Numbered from the stretch's first letter, positions 51,560 through 64,000 are shown. The stretch: DNA of 64,000 nucleotides from Styela clava (GCF_964204865.1 NC_135262.1:17050001-17114000); one strand, 5' to 3'. Numbers and translations: made by a program. The notes: generated from the letters alone by a model not told the origin.

Positions 51560-54125
51560 GTATGTATGTATGTTTATTCGTCTCGTAAAAGCAATATAAA
51601 AGAGTAAGTAATTATAAATACTGAAGACGGGATGTATGCACAAGACCATATTGGCCTAAAACACAAATGTACGGCATACACCCCTTTTGATATATATAAA
51701 TTATAACAGGGTAAATCAAATATGTACAAGATGGTCCTTTATACAGGCAGTTGTGCAAGGAGGGTGGGTGGATGCGGTAACAGGGATAAGGGTGGAGTGT
51801 ACAAAACTGTTTGTACAAAGGAGTTTGTTAGACAAAACAACATCTATAAATAGAGACACTACACAACATGAAACACACTGCATATGAATATAGTGATAAA
51901 AAAAAATTAAGAATTTGGATGAATGTACAACACCATTGAGTGATGATATCACATAGCCTACTATAAAACGCGGGAATGGTCAAGTTTAAAGGGTGTGTAC
52001 ATATATGGTATGCACCACTCAAGGGCGACAGTGTTATAAGTCGTCTATGGCTGTTCTGGCCAAAATGTGACCCTACAGGTTTTGGTGAAATATGATAAAG
52101 GTATGTATCAAATGACTCACTATTGTAAGGTTTTTTTTTTGGAATTCTGGATTCAGCCAAAAACGATGAAGTTTCAAAAAAAAAATAAAAAAAATTAATA
52201 AAAAGCATTTCCACAAAACCTATTATGGTTGCATTTCAGCCAGAAGATTAGAAAGGTATAAAGATACAGTGGGATAGGGAATGATAAGGTATAAAGAGAA
52301 GCCATTTTACCATGTCATGGATTTTCCAATGTAAATTAAAATAATAAAATTATATGGTATCCTGGGATGAGCAGAAGAAAAAGTGTGATTCGGTGATAGG
52401 TAGCAACAATGGAAATAAATTGAACAGCATGCTACTCAAACAAAAACCATTGTCCCTACTCCCTACTATTTGATCATTGAAGTTCTATTGTATTGTACTA
52501 TCTATAACCTAAATTGCTGTGCTTTTGTTGTTGTCTAATTACGCATGATAATGAAATTAGAATGGTGTGCTAGTTCAGTCCATTGTTCTATATTGAATCC
52601 GGGTGAAGTATCCTGTGTCAGCTGGTCTATGGTGACTGAAGAGGAGGACAGTTTCCTGATAGTTCATTCAATCCAAATAATCAACAGCTCTCCCTTTCAG
52701 TGTTGAATTGACCTTAAAAAAATAATCTCCAAACAGGAACATGTTCAAAGCAGAGAAAATTGCTAATATGATGATAATATATATTGTTTAAGTTTGGAAC
52801 AAAATTCCGAGTTCGATTTTGAATTTTTGATGTCATCGGGTAGGGAATTCCAAGCTTTTGGTCCACATACTGCGATTGATTCTTGTGAAATACTTTTACT
52901 GACAAATGGAATAAAAAAATTATCTTTATTTCTGCTGTTTGAATTTGGGTTTGCTTGGAACAGGCTGGACGGAAGCTCTCCAATGTGACAAGAGAACATC
53001 ATAGTACATAGTTCAAATTTAGCTAAATCCACAACTCGTAGTAGCCTATGCTCTTTAAATAAGTCATCAATTTTTTCGCGATTACCTCTATGAAAAACTC
53101 TTCTACTAAAGCGATTGCAAACACTTTGAATTTTTTTGAGAATGGACGATTGGCGATGAACATAAGCTGAGGCACAATAACGAATATAGCTTTCTATCAG
53201 AGAGTGGTATAGAGGTATTAAACAAGATGTATTTAAGTTGTTGGCTATTTTCGTAATGGCACTAAGAGACGACCTTGTTTTCGATAGAACCATATTGGTG
53301 TGTTGTTTCCAAGACAATTTATCATCGATCATTTCACCCAGAAAGCGAGTCTGATTAACTCTTTCTATATTTATTCCATTTAATTCCAAATTTTGTTGCA
53401 GAGTTGGACACTTTTGCTTCGGCGTGCTAAATATCATATATTTAGTTTTATCGACATTAATAGTGAGTTTGTTCGCAGACAACCAAGCTTGAATATTTTC
53501 TAAGTCGGTATTTGCTTTCGTCAAAAGTTCAGGCAAGTTTTTGCCTCGAAGATATGGCGTTGAGTCATCAGCAAAAAGTATGATATCAGAGTGAAGAAGA
53601 GAATTCGGAAAGTCGTTAATAATGATTGAAAAACATAATGGAGCCAAAATAGAACCTTGTAAAGTACCTACAGTCAAATTACAGTATGTGCTAGATGCTA
53701 CATCATTGTATATAACTACTTGTTTCCTTCCTGATAAGTAGCTTTTAAACCAATCATAACTCTGACCTCTAACGCCAATATGGTGCAATTTGGCTAGTAA
53801 TATGTCATGGTCAATACTATCAAATGCCTTGGAAAGGTCCAAGAACATACCGAGAGTATACTCATTCTTATCAAATCCTTCTAGAATTTTACTGACAAGC
53901 AGGGATGTTGCATGAGATGTTGAATGATTTTGACGAAAGCCAAATTGTTGTGAATAAAAGAAATTTTTTTGGTCTAGGAAATGGGTGAGTCGTTTGTACA
54001 TAATTTTTTCTAGAATTTTTGAAAATGCGGGAAGTAAGCTGATCGGTCGGTAGTTTTTTACATCTTTTGCATTTCCTTTCTTGAACAATGGCATAACTTT
54101 GGATAATTTGAACTGATGGAACCAG
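51560..54125 (-). mobile_element. 5'-truncated CR1/L2(Crack)-type LINE nested in the MULE
   Basis: RT ORF at 52763-54094, then a long putative 3' UTR ending in AATAAA plus a (CATA)n tail at about 51560-51580 (minus). Confidence 0.8.
52763..54094 (-). CDS. LINE reverse transcriptase (5'-truncated ORF2, 443 aa)
   Basis: NYRPISLL, QFGFR, FLDLSKAFD, QGSILAP, FADD and FLG motifs. Confidence 0.92.
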   Translation of the reverse strand: MPLFKKGNAKDVKNYRPISLLPAFSKILEKIMYKRLTHFLDQKNFFYSQQFGFRQNHSTSHATSLLVSKILEGFDKNEYTLGMFLDLSKAFDSIDHDILLAKLHHIGVRGQSYDWFKSYLSGRKQVVIYNDVASSTYCNLTVGTLQGSILAPLCFSIIINDFPNSLLHSDIILFADDSTPYLRGKNLPELLTKANTDLENIQAWLSANKLTINVDKTKYMIFSTPKQKCPTLQQNLELNGINIERVNQTRFLGEMIDDKLSWKQHTNMVLSKTRSSLSAITKIANNLNTSCLIPLYHSLIESYIRYCASAYVHRQSSILKKIQSVCNRFSRRVFHRGNREKIDDLFKEHRLLRVVDLAKFELCTMMFSCHIGELPSSLFQANPNSNSRNKDNFFIPFVSKSISQESIAVCGPKAWNSLPDDIKNSKSNSEFCSKLKQYILSSY

Positions 54126-55545
54126 CAGATGGAACCTAGCCGTCGGCTGGTAGACTACTCAGGTGGTGAGTTGGCTTACAACTAAAATCAGTCGGCACTA
54201 AGTAAATGCTATGCAATTCTTGAGTCTGCGTTTTACAAAGCAAGGTCTTCTCCTCGAGCATCGATATCGCAGAGCGATTGCTCGACTGGTGAGTTGTCTG
54301 CCTCTCGTTGCTCGGTAGTCGAGTTGTCTTCACCTCGAGCATCGATGACGTCACGTCGCAGAGCGTTTGCTCGACTGGTGAGTTGACGGCCCGTCGGGCG
54401 GCTGCCGTAGGCGAGTTTAAACTACTGCAACCATAGACTACTGAGCTCAAATTCATAAATATTTAAGTGTTAATGTGAAGTATAAAGATTTTAATATATT
54501 TAAAGGTGCTCATTCAAAACATTTAATACCAATAAAGTTTAAAAAATTAAACGAACACAGTCATATAAGTCAACAGTCTATCTTCGCTACCGTAACGTTA
54601 CTCTAATTTCGTCTGTAGACTGTATTTGTATTCATACAACATGATCAAAAAAATTCACTTATACAAATAAAAATGCTTTCTAGAGCATATTTATGTATTT
54701 TTCTCAACACTTGAGCACTAAAAATATCAAAAACGCATTTCTATAGACCTAAAACACCACCGTAGAAAATGCCAAAAGACGGACAACTCACCAGGCCTCG
54801 AGGTAGTCGAGTTGTCCGTGTAGTCGAGTTGTCCGTCAGCCCCCCGTACGGTACTTCAGTGGTTATAAAAAGAGAGATAGTTACTAATGTATTTATCTTT
54901 CATATTTTTTTAAATATACCATACGATAGCGATCTAATGGCATTAGGCAAAACATTCCAGAGCTTTACACCCATATATTTGATTGACTTTTGTGTTCTGC
55001 TTGACGAGTATCTTGGGACGTGGAATGAACCTGATCTAGTGGAATGAGAATGGATAGTACTCTGCTTCGTAAAAAATTCAGTGAATGCTATGGGAAGTTT
55101 ACCATCAAAATATTGATGCATAAGTTTCAATATCTCGATTTCATGAATATGACAAAGTTTAACTATGCTGCATCTGTGGTATAAAGGGTCAAGTCTAGAC
55201 CGAAATGGTGCATTACATACAGCTCCAACTGCTTTATTTTGCAACACCTCCAATCTTCTAAGGAGAGTTGTCGGAGCGCTACCCCATGACATGATACCAT
55301 ACTGTAGATATGACTGGAAAAGTGAAAAATAGACCATTCAAAGAGCTGGCATGGTAAGAAATTTTCCGAGTGTAAATAATATTCCGAAAGCACGGGCCAG
55401 CTTTCCAGCGATGTAGTTAATATGCGTGGCTCATTTTAATTGGTCATCAATATAGATGCCAAGGTATTTATAAGAGTTCATTCATTTCAAGAGACATTTT
55501 CAAGCTGAGCTTTATCAATGCTAACATGAAACAGAATTTTATTTT

Positions 55546-56271
55546 TTATTCTTTATTTTTGGGGCTAATCAATAAGCATTTTGACTTTTCAATATTTATT
55601 GTGAGCTTATTACGGGTCATCCAAGTTGCAATTTTTTGCATTTCACAGTTCATATGCAATTCCAAATCAACTAATGAAGCTGAACTTGCGAACAATCCGG
55701 TATCATCAGCAAAGAGTTTGACAAGCAATTTAGTCGCGTCAGGAATATCATTGACAAAGAGGAGGAACATCAATGGGCCAATTATCGAGCCTTGCGGAAT
55801 TCCACATTGTACAGTTGCAAGTTCGGAGCAACTTGATCCGATTTTTACACACTGCTGGCGAGAACTCAAGTAGCTCTGGAGAAATTTTAACGCATGACCG
55901 CGAAAACTATAGTGACTCATTTTTCTGATTAGTATGCTATGATCAACGGTATCGAACGCTTTTTTGAGGTCGAGAAATATGGCACTAACGTATTCCATTC
56001 TCTCTAACCGGTCATAAAAGTAAGTCATCATATCTAAAATTGCATGATTAGTAGAGTGCTTCTTCTGGAATCCAAACTGAGATTTGTTTATAATACTATG
56101 TCGCTCTATGAATTGTGTTAGTCTAGCATGTAAAAGTCTTTCGAAGACCATAGTCAATGTAGAAAGAACTGATATTGGGCGATAATTAGATGTACTTTCC
56201 CTATCGCCACTCTTATAAACAGGTGATACTTTGGCGATTTTTAAACTATTAGGGAAAATTCCATGTTCCAT
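55546..56271 (-). pseudogene. LINE ORF2 reverse transcriptase fragment
   Basis: NYRPISVL, QFGF, FLDLKKAFDTVDH, GIPQGSIIGP and FADD motifs. Confidence 0.9.
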
Positions 56272-56763
56272 AGGAGCATTACAAAATTTACAGAGAATTG
56301 GGGAAACTAAGTCAGCAGCATATTTTAAAAATGTGGTGGGTATATTATCATAACCGACTGCTTTACCTTCTGGTAAACTTGCTATAGTACTATACGTTTC
56401 GTTGAAAGTTGTGGGCCTAAGAAAAAAAGATTCTTTGATAGGGTTCCTAAGATTACTCAGAAATGATCCCTCAAGTCAATGTGGGGGATTTTCTCAGAAA
56501 ATTTAGGGCCTATAGAGATGAAATAATTATTAAAATAGTTGGCAATTGCACCTGGATCACTAACTTTGAACCCACTATCCGTTCTTAGGGCTTTGATTGA
56601 ATTTATTGGTTTTATTTTTTATTTTTATGTTGACTAGTCGGCTATCAAAACCGAAAGTAAGTGGTTATAAGTTATATACAATGTATGTTGCATATTGTTA
56701 CCATTTTTGAAGTTTTGTGCATTTTACGTTTTTTTTAATTGAAGTGCGAATTCCCTTGGTTAA

Positions 56764-57600
56764 CTAAGGTTTGGCTTGAAGTCTAGTCTCACGCCGACTC
56801 AGTGGTTTCATAGGTGCATTGGCATCAATTGTTGATTTAATTATTTCTACAAATGAATCAAATAAAATGTTCAAATTATCATGCGTAATTTGGCAGCTCG
56901 ACATAGGGAGGAAAGAAGTTTCTAGATCAAATCTATATTTATCAATGGAGAAGTGTCTCATATCACGCCTAAATACTTGTTTTTGATTTTTTATAACAAC
57001 AGGAGCAGAAACTGTGCAAAGTTGTGCATAGTGATCACTGATATCGCTTAAGATGACAAAGCTAGACAGATTATAATTTATAGCGTTAGTGAAAATATTA
57101 TCGATCAGAGTACTTGAAGTTCGAGTTACTCTTGTTGGCTTTGTAATTAGGGGTAACGATAAATTAGCAAGATGCATATTTATATACTTCATAGTGGTCA
57201 AATCTGATGATTGACTTAATAAGTCAATATTCCAGTCTCCTAATAAAATAAACAATTTTTTGTCTTTGTTCAACTTCTCTAAAACGTTAGAAATAGTTGC
57301 AGAAAATTTGATAATATCTTTCCTTGGGTGTTTATAGATTTTTCCAATTATGAATGAAATGTTCGAATTTAGTTTTAAGTTTATCCACAGATCTTCACAG
57401 TCAGGATGCCCTAGGTCATATTCATGAATCTCAGAGAAATTGAGGTCTTGACTAACATATAGCCCTACTCCCCCAGCAGAAGTTTTGGAAGGTTTATGGA
57501 TGAATTCGTAATTGCTTAATGATATGTTTGAAGTGGGAGTTGGCCCAAGCTTCGTTTCAGATATTGCAATGAGCTGCGGAGGTGTAATAAGTTCAGCCAA
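56764..57600 (-). pseudogene. LINE ORF2 apurinic-like endonuclease fragment
   Basis: IAISET, GGVGLY, GDWNID, PTR...STLIDNIF and SDH motifs. Confidence 0.9.
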
Positions 57601-58114
57601 TAGGTTAACAAGCTCATCATGATTTTTTTGAAGGTATCTGATATTTAAATGGAATTTAAATCTTCTTACGGTATCTTAAATTATCTTCGGCATGGACCTA
57701 CTAATGAAATTCAGATTGAAAACTTCTAGATTTTCACAATCACATTCACAACCACTTATTTCATTTAGCACTTTGAAATTACGGGCAAAAGCACTATGAA
57801 GAGTTTGACATGAAAAATCGGTGTTAAACACTTTTGGCAAAAATATGACTGAGCTTGGGTTGCCGACACAGAAACCTGGGTACATTCAGAATGGAATCGT
57901 TCGCCACATATTTCACATTTTGATATAATTTGATCTGATGTTATTAATCTACTACATAAATAACACGTTGAATCAATATTAGTCATACTGGAGTAGATAA
58001 TAAGTTACACTCACATAATGATTATTTGATTTTAGTGAGATCTTCTTCGCATCTTATATTTAGAGAGTTTCTTACGTCACTGTTCTTTTCGACAAATACT
58101 TTCCTATTTGAAGT

Positions 58115-59029
58115 CTAGATAAATCTATATCCACAATTGTTTTTTGCAGCTCTAGCTCTGAAGTACAGGTCTTTGTTTAGAGCGGTTAGGTTTTCTGCTA
58201 TAAATATTTTTGATGGTTCTTTAAAGTTATCACTTGATTTTATAGTACGCAAGGATTTTCTTTTTTCAAATATCTTCATTTTGTTTTTGCGGTGGATGAA
58301 CTTGGCAATAATAGCAGGAGTTCTATTTTCTCCAGCTCCTGTTGGCATTCCATGCGACACAGAGATGTCGCTTTCTTGGATGTTAACACCGATCATCTTA
58401 GCTATGCTGCAGACTATTCCATCTGTGTTTTCAGTGACAGGGACTCCATGGAACTACAGATTTTCAAGTCGGCCTCTTCTTTCTTGATCCTCTAACTTTT
58501 CAGAAACAAAATACAAATCATCCTCAAGATCGTATATGCGATCAAGGAGATTTACAATGGTCTTTTTGTTCTCGGATGCTTGTTGTTCCAATATTTTGTT
58601 CTTTTTTGCTAGGTCGTCATACATTTTGGTATGAAATGTTTGACTCACTTTAATTTCAGTCAATTCAGATCTTATTACTCGCATTGACTGGCTTAGGTCA
58701 TTGAGTATTTCCTGGATATTTGGTGTTAAGGGTGTCATAATGTCCGAGTTATCTGAAAAGTCGTAGTTATCGTCAAGGCACTGCCCTATCATAGCTGGAA
58801 GTTGTAGGGTAATGCCATTTATTATATTTTTTGTTATCAGGGGGAGAATCCCTCTCACAATCTCGCTGTGCTGAGATAGATCAGATGTAGTAGACATGTT
58901 TAGGGGTCCTCCAGTTTTTCCCAGATTGCAGTTGCTTCTATTTATCGGCACATTTTGTTGTAGTTTTGGCATGCACCTTTTTGGTCTTGGAAGGCGTTTT
59001 CTCTCTTGGTGGTGGTCTTGGTGGATTCA
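58115..59029 (-). pseudogene. LINE ORF1 (coiled coil plus RRM/CTD), interrupted by a stop and a frameshift
   Basis: LEDQERRGRLENL*FHGVP...DISVSH...PAIIAKF...IFIAENLT pattern typical of L2/Crack-type ORF1. Confidence 0.8.
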
Positions 59030-59589
59030 TATTTAGTTTGAGTATAAAATTATGCTATTTTAGACTAGAACCTGCGTGATCTTAATCAAATAGCGAATCG
59101 ACGTCGCAACATTCATTATCATTTGGTAGAAGGTGAATATTGTATATATATATTCTCCATCTCTCAGGAACCAGTAACTCAAATACATATTTGCCTGGAA
59201 ACCAATGAGTTCGAGCTGTATGTATTACGCTATATCTTCATAATGATTCTCAAAATAAGGGAACCTGTTGTGACAGCGAGTGTTCAAAAGAGAACCGTTC
59301 TTAAAATTTTAAATTAAATTACTGGGTCACCCTCTCTCTGTCTGACAGCCGCTAAAGTCGTTTTCGTTGCTCTACTTTATTGGTTCTATCCGTGATTACT
59401 GCTAGGTAAGTTATTTACTTATGCAGCACAATATCCAACCTGATGCGCCGCTTTGCAACACTCGCAGTCTTCTAAGGGTTTGTTATCTCGTCGACCTTAA
59501 TATTGAAACCCCACTACTGATAGTGACGAAAAATGCTTATTCTAAGTCCACAGTTTGGTCTATTTCGTGTTTCGATTTAGTTTATAATA

Positions 59590-60000
59590 TTTATTTTCAC
59601 CATTTGCGCGATATTTTAGTTTGGTCCTGAAAACAATATAGATTGTCCAGGCCAATGTATGTCTGCAGTTTTGTTTAAATTTTCGAACGTGTTATCGGAA
59701 TGTATTATCACAATGCTCACAATCTTAATTCCGGATAAAAGTGTTTCTTATCGTGTTCGTTTTTACACTTATATTATATGTACCAAGATGATTTGGCACA
59801 TGTCCCTGTCCCACCTTTCAATAAATAGGCAAATGGTTGTAGAGAGAGTTTACAAATTGATTACCAAACTAAAACTACATCAAAGCAGTATACCAAAAGA
59901 CCTACTCTTGTGTATACTCTCAGGAATCACGCGTTCAAATTTCGTATCATATATGGCAAAACGCTTGAGAACGTGCTTTTGTTAAAACAAGTAAGGAAAT
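59590..60000 (+). mobile_element. Possible highly decayed Ty3/gypsy integrase remnant
   Basis: Fragments FARY, SHLSINRQMVVERV and LLVY...IIYGKTL in the order of the integrase motifs FARxGxP, YHPQSNGxVER and LLxYR...LYGR. Weak match. Confidence 0.35.
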
Positions 60001-60604
60001 GGACTGTACATCGATCTTGTTTCGCAAAACATTCAGCTCATGCTGTTGCATTCGGTGGTACAAAATATTGAAATCTGCAGTAACCATTCATAATAAAATT
60101 AGAGGATATATACTACAGCTCTCATTTCTGTTTTATTAGATATTTTTTATTGTTAAACTTAAACAGCAGCAAAACATATCTTGTCGAGACTCCGGACTTT
60201 GTCCCTTCCGACTATATTAACCTTTATCAAAGAGAAACACCTTGAGGTTTGTTTATCGGTACTCGTTTGATAAGATAGACAATGGACACCAATGCGTGAA
60301 GATTATTCGATCGATGTCATTATTTCTAGTCCGCCATGATGCGGATGTATTTGGATCAGAAGTACAGGCCAGGTATCTCAGGTCCGTTAAGTAGGTAAAA
60401 ACCTAACAAATCAGCCGATATGGATTCTCGTTTGTTGTCCACGGACAGTTCTCCATCCGAATACCAATTCCTCGCATACTCTTACTGAAATGTAGGAACA
60501 GGTGCTTACTAGGGCTGAGAATGGTCAACCAATTTTTAGATGGTTGACGATCAAGATTTATTTAGACCTTAAATTGATATCTCAGGTAGCCTACACGTCA
60601 CCTC

Positions 60605-61875
60605 TATGGTGGCCCATCGTTGTNNNNNNNNNNNNNNNNNNNNNNNNNNNNNNNNNNNNNNNNNNNNNNNNNNNNNNNNNNNNNNNNNNNNNNNNNNNNN
60701 NNNNNNNNNNNNNNNNNNNNNNNNNNNNNNNNNNNNNNNNNNNNNNNNNNNNNNNNNNNNNNNNNNNNNNNNNNNNNNNNNNNNNAAAAGGTTGACAACG
60801 ATGGTCCGCCTCGTGGCCCATCGTTGTCACGCGTTTTTATTTTTAGAAAATTTGCTTCTGCTTGGGACCAACGTTGTCAGGCATAATCCTACGCGCACAA
60901 ATGTGTTCCCTGGGTTTCAAACTCACTACTGATTTTCTTGAGCAATATTCAATATGAAAATGTTCTATAAATTCTCCATGCTACAAGTTCAACAAGAAGT
61001 AATATATTTATAATAATGATAAGAGAATATAGAATTGAATACGAAAATTCGGAAAATTTGTTTTTACGTGTATAAGGTAATTTAATTGGAGAATGCTGCT
61101 TAACTACTCAGTTGTCTGGACACTCGCGATGCCGGTACCGTACCGTCTTACCAAATACCGGTAGTCGGTTATAGTCGCTTTGCGTCTGACCGTACCGGTA
61201 GCCACACAATCACTCATCATCTCCCATTCTTTCACGAGTGATTGCATGGGTACCGGTACGGTCAGACGATACCGTACCGGCATCGCACGAGTGTCTGAGC
61301 AGTTAAGCAGCATTTTCCAATTAAATTACCTTCTACACGTAAAAACAAATTTTTGTATCCAATTCTATATTCTCTTATCCTTATTATAAATATATTGCTT
61401 GTGGTTGAACTTGTAGCATGGAGAATTTGTAGAACATTTTCATGTTGAATTTATTGGATATTGGTCATGAAAATCAGTAGTGAGTTAGAAACCCAGGAAA
61501 CACATTTGTGCGTGTAGGATTAATTAAGTCTGACAACGTTGGTCCCAAGCAGCATCAAATTTTCTAAAAATAAAAACGCGTGACAACGATGGGCCACGAG
61601 GCGGACCATCGTTGTCAACCTTTTTATTTNNNNNNNNNNNNNNNNNNNNNNNNNNNNNNNNNNNNNNNNNNNNNNNNNNNNNNNNNNNNNNNNNNNNNNN
61701 NNNNNNNNNNNNNNNNNNNNNNNNNNNNNNNNNNNNNNNNNNNNNNNNNNNNNNNNNNNNNNNNNNNNNNNATTATTTTCATGTTTTTTCACAACTATTT
61801 TTTTATTTTCGCTTTTTCATTTTATTTTTTCATTTTTTTTTTAAATTTTACACGTGACAACGATGGGCCACCATA
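60605..61875. mobile_element. Foldback (near fully palindromic) element containing two N gaps
   Basis: Ends tatggtggcccatcgttgt / acaacgatgggccaccata, flanked by the direct repeat cacctc. 60786-61105 is the reverse complement of 61300-61625, and the core 61110-61300 is itself an imperfect inverted repeat. Confidence 0.8.
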
Positions 61876-63195
61876 CACCTCTATACTGAACGATTTCTAA
61901 AACATAATCAGTTCACCGCAAATTTATCTCCCGTAGCATTCAGTTTAAAATAATGTCACTAACTGTACTACTAGTAAGCACCACAAAATGCAAAAAAAAG
62001 ACTTGCATTGCCACTTATGAAAGTTTGACTTGATATACGTTTGGAACTAGTTTCTAATCAGAATATATTATTCACGATTGTGTTGCAAGAGTGTCTATTT
62101 AGTGTCATCCAACAAGTTTTACTAAAACTTTACTAAAATACACTTTATATCTCTTGCAGTAGAGCAATCATGAAATCATACCACGAACATAAGATTACGA
62201 GAATTTGCCTTGTAGCCAATGGGGCCAACAAACTCAAATTATAACTTATTACGTGAAATATCACGATGCGGTTGAACTCCGTTCATTGAGAACAGTGGCA
62301 CAAATTAACGAGACAACTGAAGCAGTGATATCAAATAATAATCTGTAAGCTAACACGACTGTACAGCGACTGATGAGCCACACAGATAGATGAGATGCGG
62401 CGGGCCGCAACAACTAAGAGTTGTCGCGCTACTCGTAATTCGAGTAATCACATTAGGTCAGTCGATGCTTAAGGTGTTTTCCATGAATTTCCAAGACCTA
62501 GTACGGACACGATGCTTCGTTTCATTATTCGATCAGGCGTATTGGGTGACGGGAATTTATTATATTTGACTTAGTGCAGAATGAAATTCAACACTTGCAC
62601 ATTATGAGATGGGATAAACGAAATGCTGCTTCACAATAGCAATACCTGTGCAAACAAGATTCTTGTGTTGAAGGTGAAAGGTATTTTGGACCTCCTGAAC
62701 TCAGGTTGTGTACAAGGTCAAGGTTCAGGTTGTGTGACATCTTGGTGCGCATACTTCAGGAGTACCGGTATTTTACATTCGCAATGATCTGCTAAGACAA
62801 TATCTATAAAATGTATTACCTTCCCTAAATGATGTCTCATTTATCAATCAATATCTTAAAGGAGGACAAAAAACTTAAACTTGCACAAGAAAGCAGCGGA
62901 AAACGCTTCTATTTATTTATCGATAAATGAATACTGTTACCATTATGACACCATGAAATACAAAGTCACTGGGTGGCGCAACGGTATAGTGAAATTAGAC
63001 TGTACAATGTATTAACAACTCCATATCGTCACTATAAAATGACTGTTTAATATTAATGTACATCATGCAAGACGCATTCGACAGTTTGTTGTCATACTTA
63101 AAATGAAATGCTTGTTTTCAAACCGATTATTGAATGTACACGACCAATACCAATAACAGTTGATGGAATTTTAATTGGCCGATCAAAGGAATTTA

Positions 63196-63386
63196 TCAAT
63201 ATATCTGCGTTCTATAGGCCGTTTGTGTGCAATAAATTCGTCTTCCTCTTGAATCGAAAAATTCTGCGTGGCAACCTCCGCAACTACTGACTCTGCATTC
63301 GGCGTATGGATAGTTGTAGCAAGTCACTCCGAGACAAGGATTTGTACTACAGTAACCGTATCCTGGTAATCCACGTGGACATGAGC
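63196..63386 (-). CDS. Terminal exon of a cysteine-rich, probably secreted protein
   Basis: T-rich acceptor taacag|gc (phase 1), then SCPRGLPGYGYCSTNPCLGVTCYNYPYAECRVSSCGGCHAEFFDSRGRRIYC...stop. The 8-Cys pattern CxxNPC..C..YP.AEC....CGGC.AEF.D..G resembles a recurrent invertebrate extracellular module. The upstream exon was not located. Confidence 0.75.
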
Positions 63387-64000
63387 CTGTTACCAAAAAA
63401 ATAGTAATTTGTAAAATAGTAAAAATGGTAAATTTTGAATCTATCAATCAAAACAACACTTAAAATAGCATTGGATTGATAAACAGGGGGTCATGACTCA
63501 TGAGTGCTAAAAGTATCCGCGAGGGGACCTCGAGCTAAAAAGGTTGGGAACCACTGTTCTGGAGGATACCGAAATTGCAGAGAGTGGATTCGTGATCGTG
63601 ACGGCTCGCTTTGAATATAATTAAAAAAGCACACATTTACAAATGAGTAATTTGTTACGGACACATCCACCATGATATGAGATATCAGCTGTTGTGGAGT
63701 ATTATGACTTTATAAGATGGCTGTCACTGTAAGTATTCATGAGAATCTTAGATATAGAATTATGCAGGAATTGTATCAATGTATTAAATCTACTTTTAAC
63801 ACTTATGATATGTCATTTTCCATATTTTAATCAATAACCATTTTGAAAAATATACTGTAAGCTAAAAATCACGACTTATCTCTTTAGCGAACTTGGATAC
63901 ACACTACAAAAATAATTACGCTTTTCAAAGCAAACAAAATCTAAAGTGTGTAATGTAAGTTCGTTCCTTTTCCTTGGTTTGAAGAACAATGTTCTTTCGA

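Larger units (their letters stand above)
49569..54842 (-). mobile_element. Mutator-like (MULE) DNA transposon with about 690-bp TIRs
   Basis: TIRs at 49569-50255 and 54163-54842; 9-bp TSD cccgtacgg (49560-49568 and 54843-54851). Decayed minus-strand transposase motifs YHFAQAIMK (about 51115-51140), ALCYIP (about 50945) and WSVF...RTNNDLE.WHRHFN (about 50755-50820). Confidence 0.88.
54860..59100 (-). mobile_element. Near full-length decayed CR1/L2(Crack)-type LINE
   Basis: In order: ORF1 (coiled coil plus RRM-type, 58115-59029), PHD finger (57765-57986), APE endonuclease (56764-57600), RT (55546-56271) and C-terminus (54900-55337). Multiple stops and frameshifts. Confidence 0.92.

Noticed and set aside
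49959-54456. Two near-identical ORFs on opposite strands (49959-50363 and 54136-54456)
   Set aside because: Both lie in the MULE TIRs and have no recognisable domain.
49558-54854. Reading the MULE ends as CCGTACGGGGG termini with a 3-bp TAC TSD
   Set aside because: A 9-bp near-palindromic TSD (cccgtacgg) explains the same bases and fits the Mutator transposase motifs.
60502-61900. ORFs containing runs of X
   Set aside because: Artefacts of translating through N gaps.
63387-63447. Hydrophobic N-terminus (MIDSKFTIFTILQITIFLVT) as a signal peptide for the Cys-rich ORF
   Set aside because: It begins at TTG and is better explained as the T-rich tract of a splice acceptor.

Overview
AT-rich eukaryotic (animal) genomic DNA; a marine invertebrate such as an ascidian is plausible but cannot be proven from the window. 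The core (about 1.4-42.4 kb) is an atypical chromatin-protein locus. It holds four intact and three damaged copies of a divergent, intronless linker-histone (H1-like) gene in two subtypes, with no 3' stem-loop. It also holds one intact intronless H3.3 gene plus its pseudogene, and a short Lys/Arg-rich ORF that looks like an H1 that has lost most of its winged helix. No H2A, H2B or H4 is present. The locus was built by tandem amplification of an H1 unit (16-33.6 kb) and a roughly 9-kb inverted segmental duplication (5.7-15.1 kb versus 33.6-42.2 kb). Other genes are a three-exon secreted Cys-rich peptide gene (5.3-6.7 kb), a tandem pair of divergent intronless pirin genes (43.9-47.0 kb) and a Cys-rich terminal exon (63.2-63.4 kb). 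The rest is dense with mobile DNA: hAT elements and MITEs, Mutator-like elements, Helentron-type HINEs, a Penelope GIY-YIG remnant, two CR1/L2(Crack)-type LINEs (one nested in a Mutator element that sits beside the other) and a 1.3-kb foldback element. All alignments were done by eye and repeat boundaries are approximate unless a target-site duplication (TSD) is quoted.
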